Shown piece after piece: positions 14,461-26,526 of a stretch of DNA of 64,000 nt. The notes beneath the pieces are model-generated. The model made no database searches. It was not told where the DNA came from and was given only the letters and a program-made list of their open reading frames with translations. The stretch is from Phoronis australis (Eukaryota > Animalia > Phoronida), in NCBI GenBank assembly GCA_002633005.1, contig NMRA01000328.1, positions 380,134 through 444,133 on the forward strand. Direction: 5' to 3'. Position 1 is the first letter of the stretch. Each line of letters opens with the position of its first letter. Made by a program: the position numbers and the translations under genes.

Positions 14461-15447
14461 GTAAGTGTCTTTTGGTGTGGACACATTTGTGCTCACCCAC
14501 AACAAGCTTTGCAGCTAGTCTTGAGCCACTTATGAGTCTGCGGTGACGGGAGGCTAATCTTTGGCCAGTTGACTTGACTGCTGAAACTGTTCTCATTTGG
14601 AGTTGCAAAAGTGTGCTGTCCTTGCAACTGTATCTCAGCATTATGTAGGACCATAGGAAAATGTCTAAATTTGGCTGACTTCGGAACATCAAATCTGAGA
14701 AATGGCTGATCGGGTTCATTTGAAACTTTCAAATGCTATGCTTTATGCATTGGTCCCCAAAACGCTGTTAAGAATTGTTATAAAAATGTTCCATTTGCAT
14801 GAAGGGCTAACAAAAGTTAAATACTATAGTTTTTTGTGAAAACTCAAAATTCGCATGAAACGAAAACAAATTAATAATTCAGAAAACTGTAGCAAGAATT
14901 TTGAGATTTCATCTTGAATATTTATATATTAAACAAAATTTGGTCATGTTGTTGATACCCTTGTTTTGCTATGAATGTTCCTTTCGTTTTTGCTAAATTT
15001 TACAAAAACACATGGTCATGTGACAGGATTTATGGCAAATTGTTATAAAGTGAAAAATGAAATTGGACAAGCTTCTGCTTTCAGAAAATATGTACGTTTA
15101 CAAAGTTAAAGTTTCTGTCGTTTTGTATAATTGACTAAATACTCAATGATTCTGAACAGGCACCCTTGTAGATAAGGTCCTACATTACCATGATATTTAT
15201 AGATATTTATACTTTTAGACCATTGCTCTGTCCAAAACAAAGCATTTGTTACAAAACATTTATTATTATTGTTGTTGTTATAGAAAGGAGGGTGGTTTTG
15301 TCAATATTGTCTGGACTGGCTTGTTGTGGCTGTACACAATAGTGTGGTGCTCTTGAGGTTGTTCCTTAAACCTGTCAGGCACAACTGCAGCTTTGGCATT
15401 AATATTGGTCAACACAAACAAATTAATTATGAATTTAGGTTTCCTGT

Positions 15448-15505
15448 GGTGCATGTCAGCCCTGGTGCATGTCAGCCCTGGTGCATGTCAGCCCTGGTGC
15501 ATGTC
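15448..15505 (+). promoter_or_regulatory. 16-bp tandem repeat providing four TGCATG (RBFOX-type) motifs upstream of exon 6b
   Basis: (ggtgcatgtcagccct)x3.6, with TGCATG at 15450, 15466, 15482 and 15498. The regulatory role is inferred. Confidence 0.5.
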
Positions 15506-15643
15506 TGCTGTTGTAATCTGATAGAGCCTTTCCTTAACCTGCTTCATGCTCCTCCTATCATCCTTGACAACTGTGCTTAACAGACATGTGATAAAGCCAT
15601 GACTTGGCAGAATCCTTACCTGCAAACTTGTTTATCTTAACAG

Positions 15644-15789
15644 GGGAGTGTTTTTGGCTGCACATTGAATTGATAAAAAACATGCAAGAGTTCTGCAGGT
15701 GCTTGTTTGCCTCTGTAGACTTTGCATACACGACCATTCCCACATACCCCAGTGGCCAGATCGGCTTCATAATGTGCAGTCTCAACCCT
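15644..15789 (+). CDS. SRM: Spermidine synthase exon 6b (canonical)
   Basis: taacag|...|GTAAGT, 146 bp, phase 1 to 0: [49 protein letters not shown], with the canonical [10 protein letters not shown]. Confidence 0.97.
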
Positions 15790-16590
15790 GTAAGTAGCCT
15801 TTGAGTGATCAAAATTTTCCATTTTGAATTGACATGCATTTTCGACTTCCAAATGCTGAATGATGTATTTATTTCCCATTGCTTATATTCTATGCAATGT
15901 GGAGTATTTCATCTATAGTGCTGTTGTTGTTTTTGAAATACAACTTTGTGGGGTGGTTGTAAACTCATGAATATCCGATTATATCACAAATAACTTGGGA
16001 ATGTGAAACTCAATTCATAATTTGCATTTTAGGTTGTGAGATTTGACTTTTAATGTGATCAGGTGATACGTACCTCCAGAGTCCTTCACACCAGTCTTGC
16101 TGATCTGAGTATTCATTTGATGCATTTAGAAGCTTGTTTTCAGTCATTACCGTTTTAAGATGGTTTCAGTGGACCCATGCGTACAATTCTGGTGCACGCA
16201 AGTGACCAGTGTTGTTTACCGTCCAACTGTTTGCACGTCACCAAGTTACTAGTGATATCATTGGATGTTTAAGAGCCGACAACTGTCCCACAATGCATTT
16301 GAATAATATCAGCAGCACCATAGATGAAATAGCCCAGAGTGATGCTTTGCTACGTCAGCATGTCCATATTTACAAGCTCTTTAATTGGCATCTATTGTAA
16401 AACATTTAAGTGAGATTGAATGTAAAATCTGTGTATTATATTAGATAGTGTGAGATTTATGGTCCGTTAACTTATACTTTTGCTTACACTTTGTAGTTAA
16501 AAGTGTATTACTAAGTAAAAGTATCATTTATCTTCAAAATGTGTGTGAACTTAACTTCTACTTTTCCTGAATGTAAGTTGAAAACTTGTA

Positions 16591-18044
16591 CCGTATTCGC
16601 CGTAATAACCACCCATGCCCCTACAAGCGGCCCCCCCACGCATTTTCGGACTTTGCTGAAATAAGCGCCCAGTCCATGAACGTGTACATGCGAACAATGA
16701 CGTACCTACAGTCCTAAAACTCGGCTACAGTAACGTCTTCAATTGATCAAAAAATTTTTGCACGGGTCTTCTAGACCACCAACAGCACTGCTACGTTTGT
16801 ATTTAGCCGTGACTGTACACTTTAAAGTAACGCCGTGCTTCAAAAAGAATGAAACAGCGTTGCTACTCTCGCGACTAACGTGTCCCACTATAGTCTGACC
16901 TTTCAGTACAGACACAGTGACGTCTCATGAATAAAAATAACTCGGTGTTAAACGCACGTGGCCATGAAGCGCGCGCTACATACATGAACCCATAGACAGT
17001 CTATCCATGAACCTGTCAACAAAGACATTAGTCGGGAACTATCCATTCATGAAATGGGTAGCATAGCATTGTTGAGAAATGAAAATTGGCACTAATTTCC
17101 AACAGTTTCTAATACTGTAAAAATATTTGCGTTATTTTTAAGATGGATTGTTTGATTAACCATAATTGGTGTTTTTAAGCCAAATGTCTAATAAAATGAC
17201 AACTGACAGTGAATGCTTACACACCCTTACACCGAAAAATATCTGTCAGATAGTCACGTACGCTTCCAGCTACATGGCGACTAATATGGGCTTTACTGAG
17301 ACAAATGTCGAAAGTTTTTAGCACATGAGACCGGCAAGTGCTGAATGAAACACGCTATGGTTTAGGCCTACTGCTTGTGTAAATTTCTTTAGATATAATG
17401 CACATCTAGTTCGTTAGATTACGTGCCTCTGGCCAAAAGACTGTCTCTGCTTTGGCAAATGAACTCTGGTGACACGCACGCGCTCGCTTACTCAAAAACG
17501 CAGACGAGCTTCAAAACAAACGTCACGTGACAACAACATGTGTGTTCGTCTAGACATTTTTCTCATGTTGCCGATCATACATGTAGATGGCACGATGTAG
17601 GACCAGTTTTTACTGAAACCTGCCGTTAATCCCAACTCCACGGGAAGTTAAAAATCTTAGGGACGCTAGTTGGAAAACTTAAGGAGGATTTCAGGTAATT
17701 TGCTTGAGTCGAAACAGGATTTTTATTCAAGCATTCAAGTCGCTATATCAATGATGACGATTGCGAGGCAGTCAGTCGGCGAGTTTTCGCCCTGGGATTT
17801 CACTGAGCACCATTTCTGGTAAAATGATCGTAATTTAGCAGCAAAGTTTGATAGCAATGCACCACAGTTTTGTAGATAGTCTTTCATAGATTACAGATAC
17901 GTCACAGAGCGTAAATTTGATGAATCTTAGCTTACGATTTCACCCGTTTCGAGGAACAGGTTTCAACTGCCTTGGGTTATAATAAGCGTCCCTCCTGAAC
18001 CGAACTTTTCTAAGCGCCCTGGGCAGTTATTACGGCGAATACGG
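16591..18044. mobile_element. Non-autonomous pogo/Tc1-mariner-type DNA transposon
   Basis: TA|CCGTATTCGCCGTAATAAC ... GTTATTACGGCGAATACGG|TA: perfect 19-bp TIRs with TA target-site duplication and no ORF. Confidence 0.9.
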
Positions 18045-18920
18045 TATTTTCTTTTGTAAATTTAAGTGGCACGTACTTGTAGTCATTTGATTGCCTTGAT
18101 AGCTCATTTTCACATCACATACAGCTGATATAGTCTGATAGTACACACATTCTCATCATAAATCTGTTAATGACGAAGTTTCAAAGGTCTGGATTGATGA
18201 GTCAGGCTGGTTACAGCATGTGCATTACATATTTCAGGGCAGCTTGGAACTCTGGCTCTGGCTCTTTAACCGAGAGTGAAAAACAGACGAGTTGGCTTTA
18301 TAACTTTGTAGTCCTAGTCAAAAGTCGAAGCTCTGATTAATTGCAGATGTTCCTTTATCTGAAAAATCAACTATGAAGGCACTACCAAGGCACTATCAAG
18401 GCACTCTAAAGACTTAGTATCACTCAAATTAACAAAAGAAAATACAGGATTTCAACTTACGTCTACACGCCATTTTATACATAGAAAACTTTTGTTTTCT
18501 CTTGTATCACCTTATGACAATGTCGTAAACACCAATCACGTGGTGCTGTAAGTAAAAGTATAAGTACACGTGACGTTTTTAATAGATTCTCACACTCTCT
18601 ATTTTTTCATTGTTTTTTTAGATTAGAATATTTTTAGCACTATTTTGTGTTTGACTGATCAAAAAGTTTATAATAATTTGATTTAGATTTTTTTTATTGT
18701 AGTCACATGTTTGTATCGGTTTTCCTTGTTCGAGAATAAAACTGAAAATATGAGCAAGTGCGTTTAGTCATAGCCGGTTTTGTATGAAGTTATCGGTGCG
18801 GTTTAAGTTATTTGGACCATTCATTTTTGCAGATATCATTTAATATTCATAACTTGGGTCATGTTTATTGTCTTGTGCTTAGTTTTAACGTATTCATTTA
18901 AAATTCTTTTCCTGTTGCAG

Positions 18921-19043
18921 GATACTAATTTCCGTGAACCACTGCGTAAGTGGTCGTTTGAGGATGCAGAAAATATGAACTGTCGTTACTACAATGGTGA
19001 CGTGCACAAGGCTTCATTTGTTGTCCCACAGTTTGTACAAAAG
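18921..19043 (+). CDS. SRM: Spermidine synthase exon 7
   Basis: ttgcag|...|gtacag, 123 bp: DTNFREPLRKWSFEDAENMNCRYYNGDVHKASFVVPQFVQK. Confidence 0.96.
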
Positions 19044-19933
19044 GTACAGGCAACGGGGTTTTTGGATTCCTTTGAATTATTTAAGCTGTAAAACTTGCAT
19101 AAATCTGACACACTTACTTATGATCTTCACTGATACCAAAGTTCTGCAGTTGCCCTAAATCATACTGTCTGTCCTTTTGGGCTCATCAGAATTTCACCAA
19201 ATTCATATAAAATCTCTCGGTTCAGTTGTGTGTGACTTATAATGCAGGTTTTACGGATCGTTCTAACACACTGAAACATTGTGCTGAAGGGCAATAATAA
19301 ATGTATTTTTAGTTAAGAGCAGTGTGTCTTACTAAATATCTAAGTACTTAGACTCTACTTCGCTAGCTAGCTGTCCATTGTGTTGTGTAATACCATAAAA
19401 TTGTAGGAATGGAATGTCATCTTCGTCACGCCATGCTCTCTAGTGTTGGAGCTTGTGACCCTGAGATTTCACAGCACTAACCGCGAATGCTTGCACTGTA
19501 TTAACAGTTGTTCTCTCGACTGAGTTTTGATCGAGTGTTGTAGTTATCAAAGCAAGTTTATTTTCATCTCTTGGTTTCATTTTGTCACCATTGTGTCACC
19601 GTTGTTCATAATGGAATCATCACATGAGACTCTTAAGGTGCAGTTCTGGATAACAAGATTTCTCATCAAAGTTAGTCAACAACAAAGCTGTCAGTTACTC
19701 TGGTCATTCTTTATAAGCACCCACCTGTTCCCTTCCTGGATGCTAGATAATCGGACCCCTGATATCTTTTCAGTTCCAGTCGAAGGGAACGTTAGGTCTA
19801 TAAGATCAAACTAAGCTTTTAGGATGTGGTAGTAATGAGAGTACTTCCTTGTGAATCTGTTCATATCTTGAATGAAATATATCTTACTACTAAGGTTAGC
19901 AAGTCAAAAACAAGACTTCTTTGAATCTAGCAA

Positions 19934-21553
19934 TTTTTATGCGGCCACCTATTTATATCTGATTATCGATGTGCCCCCTAGTGGCAATTTTAGTTTTTTA
20001 CGCTTACCTCTATACCTTCAAAGGTCTTGAGCGTATTTTACATAAAATTTGGCATGTAGGCATCTATTAGTGAGATGATGCTATCCTCCCATTTTTGGAT
20101 AGATTCGACGTAATTTGCACCACCTAGTGGCTCTTTTTACTGTTTTGGAGTCTGTTTTTGACCGTCCACCCCTCTATCAACCAAACCGCTCTAAAGATGG
20201 TTGTGGAAATTGGCATGTTTGTTCTTACTATGAAGAGGATGACTGACGATGATTTTCTGACGATTTCAACGACTGTGGTGCCTCCTAGTGGCAGCTTTGT
20301 TTTTTTGCGCCTATGGCGGTATCTCCTTAACCATCTGCAGGATCTTTACTAAATTTAGTTAGTGCATTTATATGATGTTGACAAGGGACGACGAGGGATT
20401 TGACTACTGGTGTGCCTTCTGGTGACAATTTTATTTTTTTACGTTAACCTCTGTATCTTCAAAGGTCCTCAACGTATTTTCAAAAAATTTTGCATACAGG
20501 CTTCTGTTAGTGTGGTTACGCTATGTTTTCGTTTTCAGGTGAATTTGATTTAGTTTACGCCACCTATTGGCCATTTTTACCGTTTTCGAGTCTGTCTTTT
20601 GGCGTCCACCCTCCACTCTATCAACCAAATTGCTTTCAGGATAATTGTGAAACTTGGCATGTATGTTTTTACAATGAAGTGGAGTGCTGATGATGATTTT
20701 CCGATGACTTCAGCTACTGTGGCGCCTCCTAGCGGCAGTTTCGTTTTTTGCACCCATGGCTGTATCTCTTAAACCGTTTGCAGGATCTTTACCAAATTTA
20801 ATAAGTGTATTTATATGATGTTGACAAAGAACAACGACGACTTTCCAACGATCTGACTACAGGTGTGCCCCCTGGTGGCAATTTTAGATTTTACATTTAC
20901 CTCTGTATCTTAAAGGGTCCTCAATGAATTTTCAAAAAATTTTGAATACAGGCATCTATTGGTGAGATGACGCTATCCTGTCGTTTTTGGATGGAATCAA
21001 GGTATTTTGCGCCACTTAGTGGCCATTTTTGCTGTTTTCGAGTCTGTTTTTTGGCCTCTACCCCTCTATCTACCAAATCATTCTAAGGATGGTTTTAAAA
21101 ATTGGCATTTATCTTTTCTGTGTGAAGAGGATGGTTGACGATGATGACTGACTATTGTAGAGTATCCAATGGTAGTTTTGTTTTGTTTTGCGCCCATAGC
21201 TGTATCTCCTAAACCCACGGCTGAATCTTCATTAAATTTAGCAAGTGTATTTATATGAAGCTAACAACAGACAATGACGACTTTCAGGCGGATCCAATGA
21301 ACAGTGTGCCCCCTAGTGGCAATTTCATTTTATACTGGTTTTCTTTGTTTCTCTGAAGTTCTGTAACAGATTTCTATGAAATTTGGTGAATAGTTTTCTA
21401 TTAAAGAAGCTATGACATGTTCCCATTTTTGGATGGATTGTACATTTTTGCACCACCTAGTGGTCATTTTTATGACGCAAATAAACAACCCTAAAAGCAC
21501 ACCATTTGCGATGCATTCGTGGGCGCATTTCAACGCTCCACATTGCTCTAGTT
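19934..21553 (+). mobile_element. HINE/Helentron-type element, same family as 3326-5061
   Basis: subTIR atgcggccac (19939) vs gtgggcgcat (21519). Same A/B/C internal repeats and same 3' tail (aaataaa.aaccctaaaagcacaccatttgc). Confidence 0.8.
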
Positions 21554-23404
21554 TAAAATCATGGTTTGCAACTCCAAGCCAATTTCTGTGTAAGTTGGTA
21601 TCTTAAAAATGCCTTCTTACCCTGCTGGAGTTGAGTGGAGTGGCAGCAACGTTGAAATAGCTACGACAACGGAACGTCAGTGATGATGGGTGTTAGGTGG
21701 GGGCCAATTTTATGTTCTTACTTAGGCAGCTGTAGCGTTGCCATTGTGCGATTTTTTTTGTAATCCTGAACGAGATAGGGTCGAACTCTTGCCCAATTTT
21801 CTTTAGATCAATTTCTTGAAAATATCCATGCTAACTTGATATATTCCAGTCTGAAGTTAGTGATTTCAGCTTGGAACTAATTAGACTGGTGTGGCTGTTT
21901 AATGAGCCAAGAAGTGTTAATAATTATAAGAGAAAAAATAAAGCAAAACCATAGCTGCTAAATTATTTAATGTGACTTTGTTTGGTGCCAAGTGTATCAT
22001 ACGTGACAGGAGCTAATTGATTTTTTAAATACTTATTTTTTCTCCAAAACAGTTAATAGAAACTCATCTGTAAATATTTCAACATTGTAAAGTAAGAATT
22101 ATTACTATTCATGCATGCAATATGTTGTTCACATAACGTGACATATAGTAAGTCTGAAAAGATAGTGTCCTGTTTTTTAACAGCAGTTATATTTCAACAA
22201 TGTTTGATATTTGGTTGATAAAACGCTATCTTCTAGAGAAGGACGTAGTTTATTGGAACAAAATCTGTAGTCACTGTTTCGAGAACCTGTGAAACTGTAG
22301 GTGTTGGGCACTTTTCAGCAAGTCATTTTTGAGTTTTAAAATAATGTTATGGTAGTTTACTGAAACAAGGGATTTTTGGATTCTGTGCGTTTGTTCTACA
22401 ATTGTAGATGAAAAGGTTACAAAAAGATGTGTTTAGGTAACTGGTTCATTTCCTTTTTTATGTCACTATTATAACCTAAATTGTAATTAATTGATTTTAC
22501 GAGTTAATTTCTGGACCAATTAGTTAATAACCAAATTAGTTCTTGAATGGCTTTATTATTATACGCCTTTTCTTTGCATTTTTGGTAGCCCTATTGGTTT
22601 TTGAGATTTGACAAATATTTTTAGCCTGTTAGATATGCAAAATAATTACTTATAAATTAGATTACTGATCTTTATCTTCTGGTGTACTCCTGTACCACGA
22701 GGAGCTCATCTAGGGCTTTCTAATGGCATGACTTTGATGCAGTTAGGTCAAAAAAGGGCAGTCATGAAAAATTTTAGTGAAAGAAAAGAAGGTAACACTT
22801 TTAACTAGTGTGAACAATATATTCTTTTAGTACCTTAGGTACATGAATTTTGTATGGTATTAGAGATCAGGTGGTGTTTGATCATTTGGGCATATTTTAA
22901 GAAATTTGTAAACTTTTAAAATTATTGTAATATGTCTATAAGCCAGGCAGTGGTCGTAGCCACCGCTGGCTTCCTGAATCGCAAACAAATGATCTGTTTG
23001 ATATTATTTGGGGTCATTAGGCCCAAAATAGTAAAAAAATTACATGAAATTTGTTTGCAAGAAGCTTTCAGGGATATCTACCTATGCGTGGGCAGTGTAA
23101 CCTCGGACAAATAAGACTGAAATTGGAATTCCAATATGAGAGTTGGTAAAACTGAGTAAGAACTCTTTGGAGGTAAATCTATTGTACTATTTTTACACCA
23201 ACTCAGTGTCAACGTATTTGGGCCAGAGACTGGTGTCATAAATAGGTAAATAGAATTTTGAAATGTTGGTAGAACTAGATACGGAAATAAGTATGAGGGA
23301 CCCAGGAGCGTGCTGGGTAATGTTTTAGGTCAAAACTCTATCATTACTGTGGTCAATATATGTATCATGGTCCAGACATGTCTAACAATGTTCATTCTTT
23401 CCAG

Positions 23405-23455
23405 GCTCTCAAGAAAAGTCTTAAAAATGGACCTACAGAGAAAGAAGCTAAATAG
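23405..23455 (+). CDS. SRM: Spermidine synthase last coding exon
   Basis: ttcattctttccag|GCT CTC AAG...AAA TAG: ALKKSLKNGPTEKEAK*. Phase 0, matching the human last exon AL start. Confidence 0.85.
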   Translation, partial: ALKKSLKNGPTEKEAK

Positions 23456-23596
23456 CCCTCTTTTCATGTAGTAGTGATGAAAGGTGCCACGAAACCTTTG
23501 TGTTCAGTTCAGACCAGTGGTATCTCTGAACAGGCCAAGGATTGTTTGGAAATCGAGCAGGTCAAAGGTTATTGCAATGATAAATATGGTTATGTA

Positions 23597-25037
23597 CCCT
23601 AAACTTTCGGGTTAACGTCCTGGGCGGTAAATTTAGCAAACCAAAAAATCGGGGGTGGGCGGTTAACCAGACATGAGCGCTTAAACGTGAAATTTCAAGA
23701 AATCCAGGGTGGGCGGTTAACCGAACATGGGCGCTTATTACGACAGACAACCGCCCTGGGGGGTTAATCTTACCTCGTGATCGAAGTCCCCACATGACAC
23801 ACGTACTCGGAACGCATAGCATTTTTCAAAGACCTTTATCGTCACATCGCCAAATGACGGTAAACCTTCATAACAGCGGATGATCCCAACAAAGGTTCTG
23901 TTGCCCTCAGATCATTCACAATTAAATTTAAAAAATTGCTGAGTAATAGACCCGTGCCATCGTGTGGTCTTGTTAGTTTGTTAGAACTGTAGTGCGCAGA
24001 CGACCAGCGACCACGCAGCGCTCCACTTGGATTGCAAGCGGTGACATTGCAAAAGTGCGCGCATGTAAGCTTCAGGTGTTGCAGAGGTCACAGCTGACAG
24101 CAACGTTACAGTCCCGTGCTAGCTTTCAAGTTCTGAGTCAGAAGCACTGAGTTTTAAAATTAGTTGTTATAAAGTCTGAAAAACTAATTCAGGTGTTTTT
24201 TTTTGTGTTTGAGATGTTTATAGTCGACACCGTGAAAAAAAAGTTCTAACCACTGCACAAATATGTGATAGAAAGTCACAAAACAGCGATGTTTCAATTT
24301 CATTCTTAAACCGTCGACCACTTTATCCAACTTTGTGGTGGAAAACATTTATTTTACATGCAAGATGTCCAGATTATATCCTATTATATCACCTACACTA
24401 TCGCACTGCATTTGTCAGTCCCGTTGGGCGCAATGTCCCGGCAGGCAATCTTGACTTGGAAAGGCCGTCAAGTAATGTAACGGCTTCTTTCAATATGCGT
24501 CTCGTTTTTAAGGGCCAAAGATAGCGGCGGGATTCAGCACACACGTAGGGCCTACGAATGAGTTACCTATCAATCGCGTGTTGGTGTCAAGGTAACATGC
24601 ACTCAGTGTGAGAACTTAGGCGCGTGCACCACTACAAAGTTAGGCCTACACATCAAAGGAGAACAGTGACAGTCCTAAGTAAAAGAAACCGGCGTGAAGG
24701 TGTACTTTTAACTGTTGTTGAAAGACCCAGTGCTTTACGGTATTCCATCTGTTCCAATGTCCCCCAACAGAAACTGCGATGTCAAGTTTACTTCGATATT
24801 TTCCGGCTCGATGTTCCCTAGGCCCGAGTGTGCCATGCCCGTAGCTAGCTGCGTGCACCTCCTACCAACTATCGCCAATTTTCAGTCAGTCTGCGTCGTA
24901 GATATTTCAGGCTCGAATGGTAAGAATTTTGTTCAGGCTAAAACTGGCCAATGTAGAAACAAAATTATTCTGGACGGCTAAAAAGGGAATATGGAAGCGA
25001 TAATTTAGTCAGGCGGCGGTTGACGCAAGAAATCGTA
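23597..25037. mobile_element. Non-autonomous pogo-like element ~140 bp downstream of the SRM stop, truncated by an assembly gap
   Basis: Terminus TA|CCCTAAACTTTCGGGTTAACG resembles TA|CCGTAAACGTTCGGGTTAACG at 52453. GGGCGGTTAA subterminal repeats. 24680-25025 is the reverse complement of ~53315-53675. Confidence 0.75.
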
Positions 25038-25092
25038 NNNNNNNNNNNNNNNNNNNNNNNNNNNNNNNNNNNNNNNNNNNNNNNNNNNNNNN
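25038..25092. other. Assembly gap
   Basis: Run of N. Confidence 1.
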
Positions 25093-25231
25093 GGAGGGAT
25101 CCAACTATGGCTGCGGACCACGTTAACAATTTTATTTTTCTACATTTACCGCTGTATCTTGAATCTTCACAGATTTTCATAAAAATTGGCAGATTTATTT
25201 TTAGATGGTGTTTTCTCATTTTAGGACAGAT

Positions 25232-25384
25232 TTGATGTATTCTGCACTGCTTGGTGTATTCTGCACCGCTTAGTATATTCTGCACGGCTTGGTGTATTCT
25301 GCACCGCTTGGTGTATTCTACACCGCTTGGTATATTTTGCACTGCTTGGTGTATTCTGCATCGCTTGGTGTATTCTGCACCGCT
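25232..25384. repeat. 19-bp minisatellite x8 inside a HINE 3' fragment
   Basis: Unit ttggtgtattctgcaccgc. A HINE-like end gtgggcacatttcag...ttgctctttt lies at ~25610-25640. Confidence 0.85.
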
Positions 25385-25421
25385 GATCCACCTAATGGAT
25401 ATTTTTAACATTAATAAACAT

Positions 25422-25575
25422 CAGGGGCGGATCCAGGATATATAGTTAGGGGGGCCAGGGCAGAGTATTAGCCAGATTTTGCCCGTCAGACATTTGCAGC
25501 CCCGAATTGCCAAATGGAATCAGGAAGAGTTTTAGGTGGGCCATGGCCCCTTGGCCCCCTCTTGATCCGCCAATG
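25422..25575. mobile_element. GC-rich hAT-like MITE
   Basis: TIRs CAGGGGCGGATC / GATCCGCCAATG, near 5-bp TSD aacat/aacac. An inverted relative is at 30309-30477. Confidence 0.75.
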
Positions 25576-26429
25576 AACACCCCTTGAAGCATACCGTTTG
25601 TGGTGCAGTCGTGGGCACATTTCAGTTTTGGGTTGCTCTTTTTATAGTAGGGCCTACAGAACTCGTGGTCCCTTTCATCTGAACTTATATATTAGAGATG
25701 GTGCACAACATTCTAGTGCCTTCTGATTAGAGAAAAACGATTGCATGTGCTGTGGTGCCAGAATTGCATTGGATGTCACTCAGGTTCCATTTTCTTTAAA
25801 AATGAAGTAAATTTTCTTCATTGCACAGTGGAGCAGACGACGGAAACAGAGTGGTAGTGCGCAGCGCCACTGCCGGTCGCCTGGGATATCGCGGGAGAGC
25901 CTATACTTAGCCATAGTTCCGTTACGAATGCGCCGTGTTCCGAATTTGACCCTTGAAATTTCATTTGAGCCCCCCCCCCAACACTAAAACTGCACACATT
26001 TAAATCTTTTTTCATCTGTATAATTTTAATTACTGGGGTTAATTAATAAACTCAACATTTCCCTACGCTCTTACTGTTTTATTTTTTGCGGCAGCCAAGG
26101 GGGGCCCCCTGCCCCCCCCCTAAATCCGCCTCCTATGTGATTAGCATTTGAACCCAAGTTTTCTGGCCAACCATAGTGCTCACAACCACTTTGCTTCTGC
26201 TTATTTGGTTATCTCTCTTAACCTATTCAAGAATGATCAGTGATTCTACATAACATGTCTGTAACTTAACTTGATAAACGGAAATGGAGTCTTTTCCCCA
26301 TGGACACATTCTTTTCGTTTTTAGCCAGCTAAATGAAGTGTTTAAACAAATACTCTTATCACATTCTTCATCTGCTATGAGTGGTTGTCTGAATATTTTC
26401 ATGTGCATGTAACATAAAATGTTGGCCTT

Positions 26430-26523
<94 letters not shown>
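26430..26523. repeat. (ACATAT)n-(AT)n microsatellite
   Basis: Directly visible. Confidence 0.98.

Positions 26524-26526
<3 letters not shown>

Noticed and set aside
19044-19091. Alternative SRM C-terminus by read-through of the exon 7 donor
   Set aside because: The donor is at the conserved position and a good last exon exists at 23405. The read-through peptide has no homology.
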